A program made the position numbers and the translations under genes. DNA of 64,000 bases from Ascidiella aspersa (taxonomy: Eukaryota): NCBI GenBank assembly GCA_963924565.1, contig OZ004614.1:23126001-23190000 (forward strand), written 5' to 3'. This document shows positions 12,701 through 27,700 of the stretch, piece after piece (positions within the stretch are counted from its first letter, which is position 1; every line of letters starts with the position of its first letter). The notes beneath the pieces were generated by a model. The model was not told the origin of the DNA, did no database searches, and was given only the letters and a program-made list of their open reading frames with translations.

Positions 12701-15700
12701 AGGAAAAACAAAAAAACTAACTCACCAAGGAGAAATGCGAGTAGCGCCACTCCGAGCAGGAGCGAAAGTACGATAAAAGAGACGGCTGCGCATCGCCAGG
12801 AGCATCTTCGCCAGAATCCGTTCTTAAACGACTTAAAGCCGCCTCCGCTGCCAGCAAATTGTCGAGATTCTCGTCGGTGATGATGATGCAATGAAGAGTC
12901 GAAATGGCGTGCCACTGAGGGGCGTTTGTTCATGAACCGGGCCGTTGTGTTGTTGGCCCCCGGAACCACGACGCCGCTGGTTCCGCCGACGCCGGCTCCG
13001 GCGCTCAGGGCGGCCGTTGAGGCCGTGTGTGGCGGTAGAGAGGCGCCCGGAACTACGCCTGGGGTGTAGCCGCCGAAAGCCGACCTGTGGTGATGGAAAA
13101 AACGAGGTTTGGGTTGAATATACTGTTGCTGCCAGGCATTGTATCTTGACAAGTTTATTGCCCTGAAGAAGATTACCCGTATAGGTAATCGAAACGTCGG
13201 CGCTGAATACATATTTGGAATGATTTACGACGACAAAACGTTAATTGGCAAGGAAGTTTTGTTTTGCGTTGTTAATTTGGGCAAATATAGGAATGAATTG
13301 GGGTCGTACAGGGAAAACAGGGTCAAAAAAGGGTAAACTGGGTCAATGATTGGTAAACTGGATAAAAAATGGGTACAAACATGTGTCACAAGTGGGTAAA
13401 TCTGGGTCAAAAATGGGTAAACGTGGGTCACAAATGGGTAAAAACAAAAATATATCCTTGCCGGTGCACGGCAATGGCAAATGCATGGTCGAAAGACGCC
13501 AACCGACGAAAGACAATGCCGCCATGCCCTGAATAACCTCCACTCACAAAGTCACGGCCACTAGAAAACGACGAGTCAATCGATGCGCAATTTAACACGC
13601 TTATATTCCCAATCCCAGCGATATATACAGACTTGCATCGGCTTATGTGTGCCGCATGGGAATAAACGGGTAAGTCGAGCTTGATTCGGCGCTTATCTAA
13701 AGAGGAAATCGGAGTAACGGCCACTTGACCTTGGCGTTGCCGTCAAGGTCACGCCACGTGTATGCAGCCCGGAGTGGCACCCTTATAACAGCAATAGAAT
13801 GTAAAGCATAGCCGGTTGTCGCAGACCAGACGAACCGCATCTAAGGGGGCTAGGAAAACACAAAACAACATCGCCGCAGACATTTATCACTGAAAAGGCG
13901 ACATTACTGGGCCCTTGAAACGCAAATAAGCGCGCGTTTTTACACTTTTTCTTTAAAAGTCGTCCACAAACCCGCTCTGCCGCCTTTAGAATGCGGAACC
14001 CACGTCAGGCTCGCGAGTCGGTTCTATTAAGCATTTCCAACGGTATTTTTTTTCAAGTTATATCCGCTAACAACGGCCCCCACAATGGGGCAACAGCCTT
14101 AAAAGCCGCGATATGCCGATTTTACCACAGTGCTTGACCCTGAACTGGCAGGACACTTTACTGGGACTTTAGAAACCACAAGTCACGGACGCAAAGGTAT
14201 TGTTTATGCGGCATGCTTATACCATATTTCCTCTTCGTTGTTTTTCTGTGCCGCCGATAATTTTGTTGCGATAAGGACGACATGCAATGACTTGGTCGCG
14301 TGTATTTGGCGAATCGTGCCTCAGAGTTAAAAGCTCAATTGGAGAGCTATTTCCTTTTCAAACGGGGGTTGCCATTTTTGCAATTCCCTGGTCTTTGTTT
14401 TTACTACCCGCCACTGTATGACAAAAAGGAACTACTGGAAATGTTTATATTTAGATCGCACTAATGAATATACTGTTGCTACCAGGCGTTGTACAATTAA
14501 TAGGACTAAATGGAAACAATTGTTTTTCTGTGTCAGAAGAACCATTTGCAATGGATACAATGCCTGGCCGCAATTAAAAGACTATAGTGCCTTGGTATTA
14601 TTTTTGTACCGAAATATATTTAGCAAGTAAGACATACAGTCAAATAACACGGGCAATGCCAAATGTTTCATATAGGTATTTCCGTGAAACATTTTGTTTA
14701 ATTACAGCAATTACAGCAACTTATAAAATCTATAAAGTAAAATTGTTAAATTAAACTACAAATGCCGTTAGGTCGAATCCTATGCGAATCTTAATGCGCT
14801 TACCCTTTTAAATTGAAAGTTTTGACAATTTATAAAAATAAAGCAACATTTTTCGCTCCTCGCGTCTTTAGGTTGTTCTGTGACGTCACTTTATGACGTA
14901 ACCTGACGTCATCCCTAAAATTTCCCTAGCATTCACAACGAAAACGCAGGATGTGTTCCTGGTGGACGGTAAAGAGCAAGAATTCGAAAAGTCGACGCAA
15001 CTTCAACTTGGACAGACGCTATTCCTAAACGCATTCGCATTCGGGCAAAACATTTATATTGGCGCAATTCAAACGTTAGAAGGCAATAAAAATGCCAAAG
15101 GGTCGCAGCGCAGCGTCGTTTGATTCGCCCATCGATCAAATTAGCCGAGACCCGAAAGGCAAAAAACAGTTGCATTACGCCATCGCTTTAGGTAGGCGTG
15201 GAAGTATTTGGAGGCGGCGACACAAGGCTACACTATACTTATCATGGCCGGGTATCGCCATCAGAAATGCGAGTCTGGCTTCTGTGACAGGTGCCCATCG
15301 ATCATGTTGGCTCGGGCGTTTTCTGGCTTAGCTTTAATGGATTGTTAAGGTCACGAGGCGCCTTTCTATGTATTATAACGCTTTGATGACGCGACTTTGG
15401 AAAATTGCGAGCTTTCTAGAGGCTTAATCGTGCACTTTGGCCCGAAAAAGCGGTTAAAAAAATTGATCACCTGCTGTGGCTTATACAGTGGTCCAAGCTT
15501 TTGTAATGACGGGGGGGGGGGGGGGGGGGGGGCATACATGGAATATTGTGTGAAAGTATAAAACCTTGATGCGATTTCGCTAGTGTAACGCCGAAAAAAG
15601 AAAAAAACGGTTGACTTGGTGCACCACTGGTCAAAAATCGAACACAATTTAACTGAAGGGCTCACTAAAAAAGTAACCCCCGACTGTGGGTAAAAAACGG

Positions 15701-18700
15701 GGGGTTGTAGGTGATAAAATTAGCCCCCAAATGTGGGTGAAAAAAATAGTCCCCTAATGTGGGTGTTAAAATTAGCTCCCTAAAGTTGATGAAAAAATTA
15801 GCCCGCGATTGTGGGTAAAAAAATTAGCCCCTGAATGTGGGTGATAAAATTAGCCCCCGAATGTGGGTGATAAAATTAGCCCCCGAATGTGGGTGATAAA
15901 ATTAGCCCCCGAATGTGGGTGAAAACATTATCCCCCTTTGTAGACTCGCACCCACGGGCACCCCGAGAAATAGTATCTGGGTTGCGGTGGGTGCGTTGCC
16001 TTTGAAGTTAGGTCGGTTGATCGACGGGCCACTGAGATTTCGGCTTCTCATCAGTCGTTCCGCGTATCTGACACTTGCCATTAACTGTGGCCAAACGCAT
16101 CTGGGCGACATTTTTCGCGCATGCAATTTAACATCGGCATTTTTTTTCGTATTTTTCGACATTTTTTCTCTCCATTTTTATTTGTATTCTTTTCACATTT
16201 TTATCGACGAAGTAGATTGGGGTGTTGCACAATCCCCAGGCAGGAGGTCGTGAGTTCGAACCTCACTGCAGGCCAGTTGTTTTTCTGGCTTGCTCTGCTT
16301 GCATCATAGATCGACAGATTCGGCGAGTCTGCGATGGCTTGTCGGTGTACTAACGATACGGAAGCCGTAATCGTTGGTCATAAAGCAACTTCCGAGGGGC
16401 TAGATCACAGTTGTTATTAAACACATATGTTTGTGTGTGTCTTTCATTTCATCAATCCCCAGGCCCAGGCAACTAACACACGGAGATTGGCTCTGGAAGC
16501 CTAAATAAGGAACTTTAGAGAACGCTATTAGTAAACACTCTCAAGGGGGATAAAAATTAGTAATTTTCTAACATCTTATTAGTATTTTAACCAAGATAAG
16601 AAGGTGTGTTATATGTTACCAATGCTTTGGTTTTCAAAACTCAATTAAGAACCTAAGGTAATTTATCTTGAATATTTGTAAAAAAAAATGCACTATCGGA
16701 TTTCCTAGGCCTGCTATCGGAGCATTATCGCAATCTGCGGTCCCTCAAGTGTCAAACCTTTAAGCCTTGAAATGGAACAGTCGTGTTTCTTGCTTTTCTA
16801 GAGTAGCGGTTAACACTAAGGGCCAGAGATAGACCAATTATATAGGGCGATATTCCGCTTCTGTCAATATATCGGTATCAATGGATTTAAGCCGATATTT
16901 TACTATGAAAATGTTACACGACGTTTTTTCAAAAAACATTTTTCCCCTTTGAGGACTTTATTTAACAAATTTGTCTTTAATTTCGTAATTTATATGGCGC
17001 CCAATCAAACTAGCCTTTTTATTTAACTGTGTTAATCATATCGCAAAGGTAATTATGCAAAATAAGGGCTGTATGATTAAATAGCTAGATAAACTGGACA
17101 TTATTTGCACTCTATTTTTAATTAATGCAAATAATCACCATATTCCAGGTATATTTATACAAAAATCGGTATCGGATATCGGTTCTCAAAAACTTCAATA
17201 AGATCGGTTATCGGTCGAAAAAAGTTATATCGGTCGATTTCTAGTTCACTGCCGCCTTCAATCAACGACAAAAAGAAGTGCTTGCATTAAAAAAACAGCA
17301 ACGCCAAGTTCAAATGATGGATCGGGCAATTTAGTTGTCGGCTGACGCAAAGAGATGCTGACAAAACGTTTAGGTCTATTTTTATGGCGCTATCCCGGTT
17401 CAAATATAGTTTTACGGGCCACAGTGACGCCTTTTGCTGCTTTGGCATTTTCCAGCGCTTGCTGACTTTAAACTGCCATCGTGATATTTTGATCGATTGG
17501 CTATTGCGCAATTCAAAGATCTTGTTTTCCGTTAAAATGTATAGGGACAAAATATCGAGATAAAGTGCCAGACCATCCGTCTTGATTAGAATATACCGAT
17601 TTTTTGCGTTAATATAGGATATTTCTCCCTGTCGCAGTTTTTCAGCTGAAATAAAACAAGTATACACTAAAAACAAACTTTAAATGCAAGTTCTCGACGT
17701 AACTGTACAAGTGTACAAGCAATAAAACTCAAAGGTAAAAACCTTAAGTAAAACAGGGATCCGGCATTTTCAAAAGGAATATATAAAACCTGCTGGCAAT
17801 GGTTTTGGATTCTATAAAAATACGCCCTTTAAAATGTATAAAATTACAATACAATATGTTGTTTAAATCAATGTATTTCCAATAGGTCAAAATTCTGTCA
17901 AAAAATAAATTCGAAAGTCGGAATTTGTCAAATTTTAATTTTTTAGGTAAAAATTTCTTATTTTTAGGTCAAAAAATAATAACTGTACAATTACAGGTGT
18001 ACGCAGTTCAGGTGCGAGTTCGCTACAGCGAGTTAGGGACGCCCAATAGCGGCTGTGGATTAGAAATGAGCCAAAATAAACGATTGAAAGCACGCGTGAA
18101 GGCCAAGAATATCGCGTACATCAACGCCAGAGCATCGGCGTTCATAGGAACAAAACAAACTGCCTTAAACACGCCCAAACACGCGACCACCGGCGTGGCT
18201 GATGACTGCCGTTTTAAAGCCGGAATGAGAACGGAACCGCAGAGTTTAAGGTGGCTCGGCCAAAAGTTGACGCAAGGCTAGGCGCATTTTTACAGATAAC
18301 AATAAAACTCAAAGTTTAAACACCCGAGTAAAACCAGGATCAGATTTTTTATAAAGAAATTTGTATTTGTTTAACCTATACTGAAATCGTCAGTTTTTAG
18401 TTCTTTTTTACTGCTGAATATGCTTTTGTTACCAGGCATAGTATATAGTTATACTGAAATAAGCTCTTCTGCTAATTATTTGTTTTGATGCGCACTGTAA
18501 ACTTCTTAGCTTGTCATTAAAAAAACAAAAAACATGGGGCTTATAAACTTTAAGCCTTTTTATGCTATTTTTTGTGCTAAATTAAGCCCCTTATATATTG
18601 GTTATCCAGTAGGGAGCCATTAGATAGATAGATATGATTTTATTTGGAACATCAAAAAACAAAAAACAAAAATGGTCGAAATCAAAACCCAGTTTAACCT

Positions 18701-21700
18701 TAGCCATGCAACAGTGTGCAAAAAAGGGGACAGCCTTTCAGAGCTTTTATTAAAATCGGCCGAGAAATTCTAAATTGGTCGTATCTGATTTCAGCACCCC
18801 TTACGAAACAAAGGTGAAAAAAAGGAGCCGGCTTTTCAAAGGGAGACCGCAAAAAATTGTTCGGTTTAGTCTGCCTGTGGGTTGCACAAGGTCAACAGTG
18901 ATACGACTGATCTCAACAGGGGGTCCATGTAAGCTACTGTACTTCGCTTTTTAAAGAGATAATCGTCACGTACTGTTGAGGTTTAAGTTTAAACGAGGAG
19001 GTTGGCGTCGTTAAATGGGGATTTACAATGGGTAATTATTACTTGCCATATTGCTAAGTGCTCATTAAGTCAAAGGAGCGCAAATTCCTTAAACGATTGC
19101 GGGTATTTTCACAATGGAAGTGGGTTAAATTTAAAAGACGTTTAAATAGTCCCTAAACAATATGACATCTGTCTGGTCTTCACGGTTTGAACACAAAGCA
19201 TAGGTCTATTATGTAAGTCGATTGCTTTCATAATTGCCTTTCCGGGTCTCACAGCATTTTAAACGTTTCGAATATCATATTACTGATTTTCAACATCGTT
19301 CAAAATGCAACCTACTTCTGTATGGGCTTCAAAATTCTGACTACATCATCCAACTATAATGCTCCAAATATTATATAAGTGAAAATAGAACCAGCTCCAC
19401 CGGGCAACATATCAATAGATCGAAATCGCTCTTCTGGTGTAAAGTTTTAAACCGACCTTTCGGCAGCAGATAACAGCTGATCACGTAAGGGTTAATAAGG
19501 ATATAGTTGACATCCAAAGAGCGATTTTTATCTACTAACAAAAGTGCTTGGGTTTAATAGAACAACAACAACAACATAGCAGCAAGAGAGCTTTTCTCCC
19601 CATACATTGGCATGTTGTGTTGTGCACGGGACAGCACGTTGCCCTCGTGACACAACAAACAGGTATACTAAGCCACGTGCACGCCCACTGGTAAACACAC
19701 AGGACATGCGACTGGTTGTTTCGATGCAAAGTGAATGACTGAGTCGTGGTGGAAGCACTTGATCAGGACTTATGGAAACCAATGTAGAAATTTTGGGGAT
19801 TCGACTTTTTGATATCTGTATTTTGTGGTATTTTGAAAATCTTGTTTTACATTTTTGGAGCATTGTGGCTTTCAAAATTCCTACTATATGTCCTGATTAA
19901 TTTTTTTTTGAAAAGCCGTAGTAACTCTTCGAAAAGCTACAAAGCACGTTTTTAGTACTCACTATAGCAATTAAAGAGCACATTTGGGGCGGGTAAACAC
20001 AAAGTTGTCTGTTGGCAATCGTATTGCCAGTTCAATACGCTAGACCTAGCAGGTGATTAGCAGCTGTAATATTAAAACAAAAAACACATTCGCATTGTCA
20101 AAGCAGTAAAACGGAAACCAGAAGTGAGCGAAAAAAAATACCATCGACAATTTACCAAGACGATTTTTAGAAGAAAGTCATCCACAATTAGCCCACATAA
20201 GTAAGTTAATTTGTACACGACACAACAAGACAAGGGCCCAGCGAATTGAAAAGCAGCTTGGGCGACGAATGTTAAGCTGGTGGTGACGGCGCCGTTTCGA
20301 CTGGCGAATCGCACCTTTTCGTATTTACACGAACATTGATTGATGAGCGCGTGACTGTATTTAATTGGTTGTTGTGCCTCTAGTTTTTCTTTTGCAATAC
20401 TACGGTTATTAAAGTTTTTCGAACACCGATTTTTTACGATACCGGACCCTACCTTATTTTCAGTTTACTTAAACCGGTTAATATTTTTTTCATGTTCCAC
20501 AGAAATTAATTTTTGGGGCCTTTTAACTTTATTTTTTTTAGAAATTGTTCTCCAAATAAAGAAAGCCTATATAGAATGACGTCACGCAGCTTATTTAACT
20601 TTGTGCGATTGCGGAATCAGCAGTGACGTCAGCCACCATTATCGCGGTGTATACTTCAATAATGTGGGCGGCGTTCTGGTATAAGTTACACACAAAAAAA
20701 ATAATAGTATAACTGCCGTAATCGTTAAAAATAGCAGCTTCTAAAGAGCTAGATTACAGTTTTTTTGTAATTTGTAGGTTTTGGACACGTTGGGGTTTCT
20801 ACCCCCGGCCCCAGAAACTGGGGACAAAGTTCTGATCTGAACAAGCCCCAAAAGCAAATAAATATCGTAAGCAGCGTTTCGTGGATTGAGTTTGCGTCGA
20901 ACCGAGAAAAACGAACGTTTTAAAAACTGATTACGTCATGTCTTACACGAGATATAAAACGCGAAAATATGTCGGCGGCAAACATTCGGCAATCCTGCTG
21001 TCCAATACACACCACAATACACACCACGATTTAATTCTTTGCTAATAGAGACCAATATAATAGCCTCAGAAAGTTCGACAGAAACAACTGATCTTGGCCA
21101 AAAAATAACTTTTGATCCAGAAAATTCCCTAAGGTTAAAACAAAAAAATGGCCATTTAAAAAAAAAGTCAAAAGTCGGATTAAAAATTTCGCCCCAAAAG
21201 CAAAGAAAATACGTTAACCATGTCCCTTGGTAACGGCGCAGTGGACTGTCGGCGCAGGTTGCCAGACAAAACATCTAATTTAAAGCCCAACCCAACAGTG
21301 TATATTCGATATTCGATATGGTCGAATGCATAAGAATGCCACCTTTGGCAAAACGCACAATGCAAAGCGTGAAGAAGACCCAGCCTAAATTCAATTCGCC
21401 GAGACCCCCAAAAATCTCTAAAAATCACCAGAGCGTGGCCTTGGGGTTAATCTGCAACCAGTCGAGCGCGAAGGGTGATAAATTACAGCCCCAGAGGGAG
21501 TGGGTGACCGTTGTCCAGTGCCCCCGGTTTCTAGTGGTGCTTTCGTGTAGGGGTAGGGTTACCCATTAGTTGATCGCCTCATTAAGGCTGGCGAACCACC
21601 GGTTGAACTACGCATGAGTGCAATCGGCTTAAGTAATAGTTTTGTCCTTACTTGCTTGCGGGTAACTTCAGTCCGTTCGATGGACTAAATTTACTATCGA

Positions 21701-24700
21701 CAGTATTGTAATGACTGAAGTAATTGACTTAAAAAAATTGGGCTGTTTAGCTTAGTTCATGCACATAAAACAATTTGCTTTCTTTTGTTTTTTTGTTATT
21801 CTTTATAGATTCACCAATTTTTCATTCAAACGTTCGGCGTTTATGACAATGACTTGACTTGACTTGAAATTAACTTGCTCTAATTATGATTGGACTGGGA
21901 CGTGACTTGTTGGTTATTTAAATGACTTGACTTTTAAGCCATTTCACAAATGACTTGTTTACAACACACTATTGATACGGTATTTTACAGGCATGTTTAG
22001 ACAACTAGTTGGGTTATTAAACACAAACGGACCCCAATGTTCCAAACAGTGTCAGCATATAATTAAACAGCTGGAATCGGTTTCAAAAAAATGCAAAACA
22101 CGGCTTAAGATCCAGTTACATGTGCTTTAGACAGTAAGTGGTGCGTTGCATGTACGTGACTCCAATGACCCCAAGCACGTTTAGATCACGCAGCTGGACA
22201 CCAATGACCAGAGGGTGACCACAGGTCAATTGGCTCGCCAGCGAGTGCTAAGGGATTAACCTTGCCCGACAGTTTCTTGGTGTTGATTTATTCATGAAGT
22301 TAAGGGCTTTAGTTGGGTTGTTACGTTCGCCGGCTAAGCGCACTTTTTTGAAAATCGACCATCTTGTTTTTTGGGATCGCACCATTTGTGGCGGTCTGAT
22401 TTCGAACCAAAATTTTTAACCATGCGGCACTGATAAAAAAAATAGTTGTATTGTTACTTTTTTAGTTGAAACTAAATAAAGTGCGCTTGAATGATTTATT
22501 TTTAACTAAATCAAAAACCAGCAAAAAATCCTAACCATCCGATTTAATTTGTATATCCTCTTAAACTTGAACGAGTCTGCTTTGATGTTATTGAAGCCAT
22601 TTTTAGCAACTATGTTGTTCTGCACGGTGAAATAAAACAACTTAGGACAGGTTGGTAAGTGTTTTAAAAACAAAACAATTTATATTCACATTTTTTGGAC
22701 TGTTTTTGAAAATGGCGTGACTTAGTCCTTTAACATTAAAAAAAATTACCACAAGCAGATATTTTTGAGTTTAACGCGTTATTCCAAAACGACCATTGTG
22801 GATTTTTGGGATCGCAACTTCAAGTTGCAACTGTCTCCAAACCAAAGAATATAGTCACTAAAAGGCGACTTTAGATTCCTATCGCGCCCGCGAAGTCGGC
22901 AGCGTCAAAACAGAAAGATTATCGCGTTCCCGAGTGACGTAGAGGCTTTGTTTGTTGCGCCACAATGCTTTGGGCGATCTTTTGCGCGACGAAGTAGACC
23001 TATCAACGTGATCGAAAGACTTCGAGATTTTTCCGATCCTCTGTGACAGGCGCCATCTTTTATGATGCATTAAAGCAGTGTTTCTCAACCTATGGGACGC
23101 GACCCAGGCCGTTTGATTTGGTTAGGTCGCCGACTGCAGTGGTTTTCTGTGGTTAGATTTGTCGATATGGGTTGTGAGCAGATTTGCTGCACAATTTGGG
23201 AAATATATGCTGATGTATTATGCTTAGTACGCTTACAAAACATTTCGTGAACCAAATTTGGTCGCCAACTGTTCGCTGTTATAGTTACGATTCATATTTA
23301 AGTCGCTTCGAAAAAAGGTTTTAGAAACTCCACATTAAACTTTACTTTATCAACGGTACGAAATATATTAATCGATGATTTATCTAGCTATCCTAAAAAG
23401 CAGGATTGTTGTGAATTTGCTGTGATTATGGCAGATTTTTACCCATCACACGGAAAATTGGTTAGTTTCCCACATTTAAACCTGGACCCAGCCAAGTTTT
23501 TCAATAACTCCTTACGGTCGGTAGGACGGTTACTCAATTAAGAAAGTTGCGCAAATTTGAAGAATACGTGTTTTCCAATGCAAATAACGCGTTGCACAGT
23601 TATGTCCGAAGAAAACAGTTCGAGTATACAGTAGAGTTCTAATACATACAGGCTGATACAGCAGTAATGGGATTTGGCAAATATATTTGAAGACCTTATC
23701 AAACCATAACCGTCCCAGAGTGACAACTTTACACTGTGAAAAGCCCATACGCACATTTGCTTAAAACTACTCGCTAATCTGCTACAGTATCACGCACAGC
23801 GTTTTAAACAGGAGACAAATATTAAGGATCGTGGAATTGATAAAGATGTCAAAACAGCATTACACAGGTTAGATTAAGGACGCTACCTGTACATAAAAAA
23901 CTTGGGTCGTACAAACTCTCGCTCGTTAATTATTCATTCGCGTGACCGGAGTTTCGATTTTTCAGTTACTTGGCTTTTCTTGCACCAAAAAGCATGATGG
24001 CCGTGTCATGGAAAACGTCATCTTAACAGTTTTTACGATACAAAGAAACATAAAGAGTATTGGGGGGATATTTTAGGCTAAAAAAACGTCGAAGCTTAAT
24101 CATCACTTTGTGTTAAAATTCTAGGTAGTGGTTTTCAAATTTTTAGTCTTGTCGAGCACATTTTGGTACCGTTGATTTATCGAAAATTTATCATGTCTCC
24201 TAACATAATGTTTTAAACGGTTGGACCAACAACTATGGAAAAAGCAAAAGTTTATTTAAACCTACAACACAAATAACGCAAAACATTTTTTAAATATAGT
24301 ATCTGACCAATCATACTGTGAAGTTTCTGGCTTATATTACAAGCGTACTATAGATTAAATGTAGTTCAACCAACCGTTTAAATTCCCAAGCATAGCGGGC
24401 GTCTTGAAACCTTTTCTAAGTACAGTCGTAAACAGGGACAGGTGGCAGCATTTTCAACGAACCAGGCCGCAAGTATTTTCATCCGATCGGAAAGTGTTGC
24501 GATATACGCTATGTAATGACGTCACCTTACCCCCGCCCGTATTAGCCAACCACATCGAAGAAATCCAACCCGGTAACGTTGTATCTAAGGCTAAACTCGG
24601 AGCGGCTTCGAAGCGAGTTATTTTGACTCGCCCAGATTTGCAGGGAATGGTAAGCGATTTTAAACGACTTTACGCGAAACTGTGCCTATTCTGGTGAAAC

Positions 24701-27700
24701 ACGGACAACGAAAAAGAGCAAAAAAAGACGTATGTTGTTACTTTCAAACTGAACCCATTACAAAAAATTTTTTCAGTAAGATGCTTTTATAAACATCGAA
24801 GTATTTCCTATGAACGTTTAACCTTATATACTTTAGGAACTCTACAAATCACAATTCAAAAACAACATTTTTTAAATTATAAAAATAAAATAAAACCATC
24901 CTAAGACAAAGTGAATAGTCTTACGTTGGACTCGTGCACAATTTATCAAAAATAATCGCCTCAAATTTCTGATTTTTGGATTACGACTCGGCCTTAGCCT
25001 AAAAACTACAAATAAACCATACTATGAAAAAGGTTACTCGACTCGGGACCCTAATCCTACAAATCATAGAATATCAAAAAAAACAAAAAAATAATAAAAC
25101 TCCCAGAACACTGTTTTTTACTAACCTGTCGCTGTCGGTTCCTCGGCTGAAATTCCACATCCCGGTTTCGTCCACTTCATAAGTAGGCTTAAGGGTCGTG
25201 GTCACCACCGGGTCGTACTGGTCAGTTTCGGGGGTCAGGGGGGCAGCCACGCGTGACGTCATCACGGATGAGGGGGTCTAAAACGGGGGGCAAATATTTT
25301 TTTTTAAGGTGCAGGGGCAAATAAAATAGTTTGAGACGCTAAACAAAGAAATTATGTCTCTGTAACCTAGAACTCGTACATTTTAAATTTTATTTCAATA
25401 TATATATTTAATATATACATAATTTTTTTTCTATAATTGTCTAAGTGGTACAATTAAAAAAATATGTCAAATGACGCAAATCAATTAAACTGAAAAAATA
25501 AATATGTTTTTATACATTATGGGCATAAAAAAATTTATACATTATGGGCATAAAAAAAAAACACACTATAAAGCAAACGCAAAATGTTTCCCTTGCAAAA
25601 AAACACAACTGAAAATCACCATCGTTTTCCTGTCGGAGATTCAGGATGTAATTTCCTTAAATAGAGTGCTGAATTTATATCACTTTTGAAACATTCTGTT
25701 TTAGGTAACCATTATACCGTTTAAATTCCATAGTCTAAAACTCTCAATCGCGTATTTTCATGTTAAGTTGACCCTAATACTGTTTTCCACTGCTAACTTT
25801 TTACCTGCTGGCTGTACAGTGATGAGGAGGCGGCCACGCTGTTCTGTGACGTCATAGAGGGTTGTTGCATCGCCCCTGTTCCCATTCGGGGGAGGCCGGG
25901 GTGATGACGGGGGTCGTTGGACGATGAGGTGGCCCCTGGGGTGAAAAACAAAAATCGTGAAGTCAATGGGACAGGCAAATTTTTTTACAATATATCATTT
26001 CAAAATTTAGTTAAATAAATTGGGTACACTTAAAGATTAAACTAAGCACAGAACTTAATGAACCGACAATCTATTTGTTTGGATGTTACATGAAAAAAAG
26101 CATTGCTTTTAGTAGCGAAATATATTTGTCATGTAACATCCAAACAAATTGATTTTTGGTTTACTAAGTTCTGGGCTTATTTTGATCTTTATCATTGATG
26201 TGCAACCAGGATCGTTTGTTTTCACCATTCGCATTCAGGCAGAATCTGTTATTCAAAAGGATATTCGCTTATTTCGCTACGCTTGTGTGAATTTTGGATA
26301 GGAGGTTTAAATCTAAGTAATGCAGTTTTTTTTCTCATTTTTAAAATATCAAGATTCTTTGGCCCAAAGAATTGTTTGCTGTGGTAGAGTAACGAAATTC
26401 GTTAAAAATGACCAAAATAGGGTCGCAATTCACCTTTGTTGTGCAAACAACTAAACATTTTCTTTTCCTTATTAGTTAAATTCACTAAGGACAAGAGTGT
26501 TTGTCGAAAACTGAGTAAAAAAATGTTGGCAAAACATCCAGGTTTGGAAATAAAAAACTAGTTCGCCAGTCATTTTACATAACTAGAGAATTTTCAACGC
26601 CAGTAAGTTTTACTTCACTTAATAAAACATATACGCAAAGAATGTGCATTTCAAGGCCAAGAGAAAATGTATTGGAAGTCGACTTTCACAAAATACCGTA
26701 CGATCTCGCTTATAACAACTTAATTAGGCTTTTAAAAGTTTACGGCAGGCTCTGGAAATTTGGATGCGCATTGAGAAAGTAATCGATCGAACAGCGGCCC
26801 CGTTGCTTTACTGGGGTGTTGGGTTGCGTCAATGCATCACTGTAACAAGCCAGACATGTTGGCAGGGGGGTGCATTACCCCCAAACCCCGCGTATAGGGT
26901 CGCAACTTCGACCCAATCGATCAACTGAGTTCTTGCTCCTACAACATCGGTCCTTACCATTTTACATTACTCAGAAACGATTTATTAATATTGGTCAAGT
27001 CGTGAAATTCACTAATACTATGAACATCACGCGAATATTTTTTTCAAGAAATTAAAATTTAAAGTAATAACACTACCTTTTGATTTTTGAATAAACAACA
27101 CGCGAATAATTTTTTTTTTGTGAAAATAAAATTTAAATGAATACTACTTTTTGATTAATGAATAATCAAGGCACGAATAACATAACATTTCCAGAAAATA
27201 AACATGACAATTTTATAAGGACAAGACTTTTGCTATTCAGCATAAAAATAGCATCAGTTCATACAATTGGCAAAATTATCCCTTTCAAAACTTCCCAACT
27301 TACACCGAAAGAGTAAATAAATAAACACAGGTTAAAAAATTGCCACCAAACAATACATTAAAACCCAAAATGGGGCCTAATCTTCTAAACAATGGCTTGT
27401 TCTCGGTCTGGGGGGCAACATGGGGCTGTTGCACCCCTTTTGGGGTTCCGGGGCTATTTACACAACGATTAGCAAAGGGATCGATCAAATTTGCAGCGCT
27501 TGTTCGATTTTGCGTCGCGCCGAGCGAATTCCAAGCGTTGGGTCACGTAATTTCGCTCCGCGCACAATAAAAGTACAAGGGGGAAAGCGGGGCTACAGCG
27601 ATTTTTCGTTCAACGCAGGACACACCTGTCCCATCGCGACACAAAGAAGAGATTATTCAAGGCAAATATGCACATTGGCCACCGCTTCTGTTAATATCTT

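Noticed and set aside
13343-13790. Possible internal promoter or first exon before the TM exon (TATAAG, gtgagt at ~13542)
   Set aside because: Its ATGs hit stops or give the wrong phase for the phase-2 acceptor at 13084.
15511-15532. Poly-G run giving a poly-Pro ORF
   Set aside because: Simple homopolymer in an intron with no splice signals linking it to the gene.
15667-15935. CRISPR-like array (also 35405-35585)
   Set aside because: Head-to-tail minisatellites with no unique spacers and no cas genes, in eukaryotic context.
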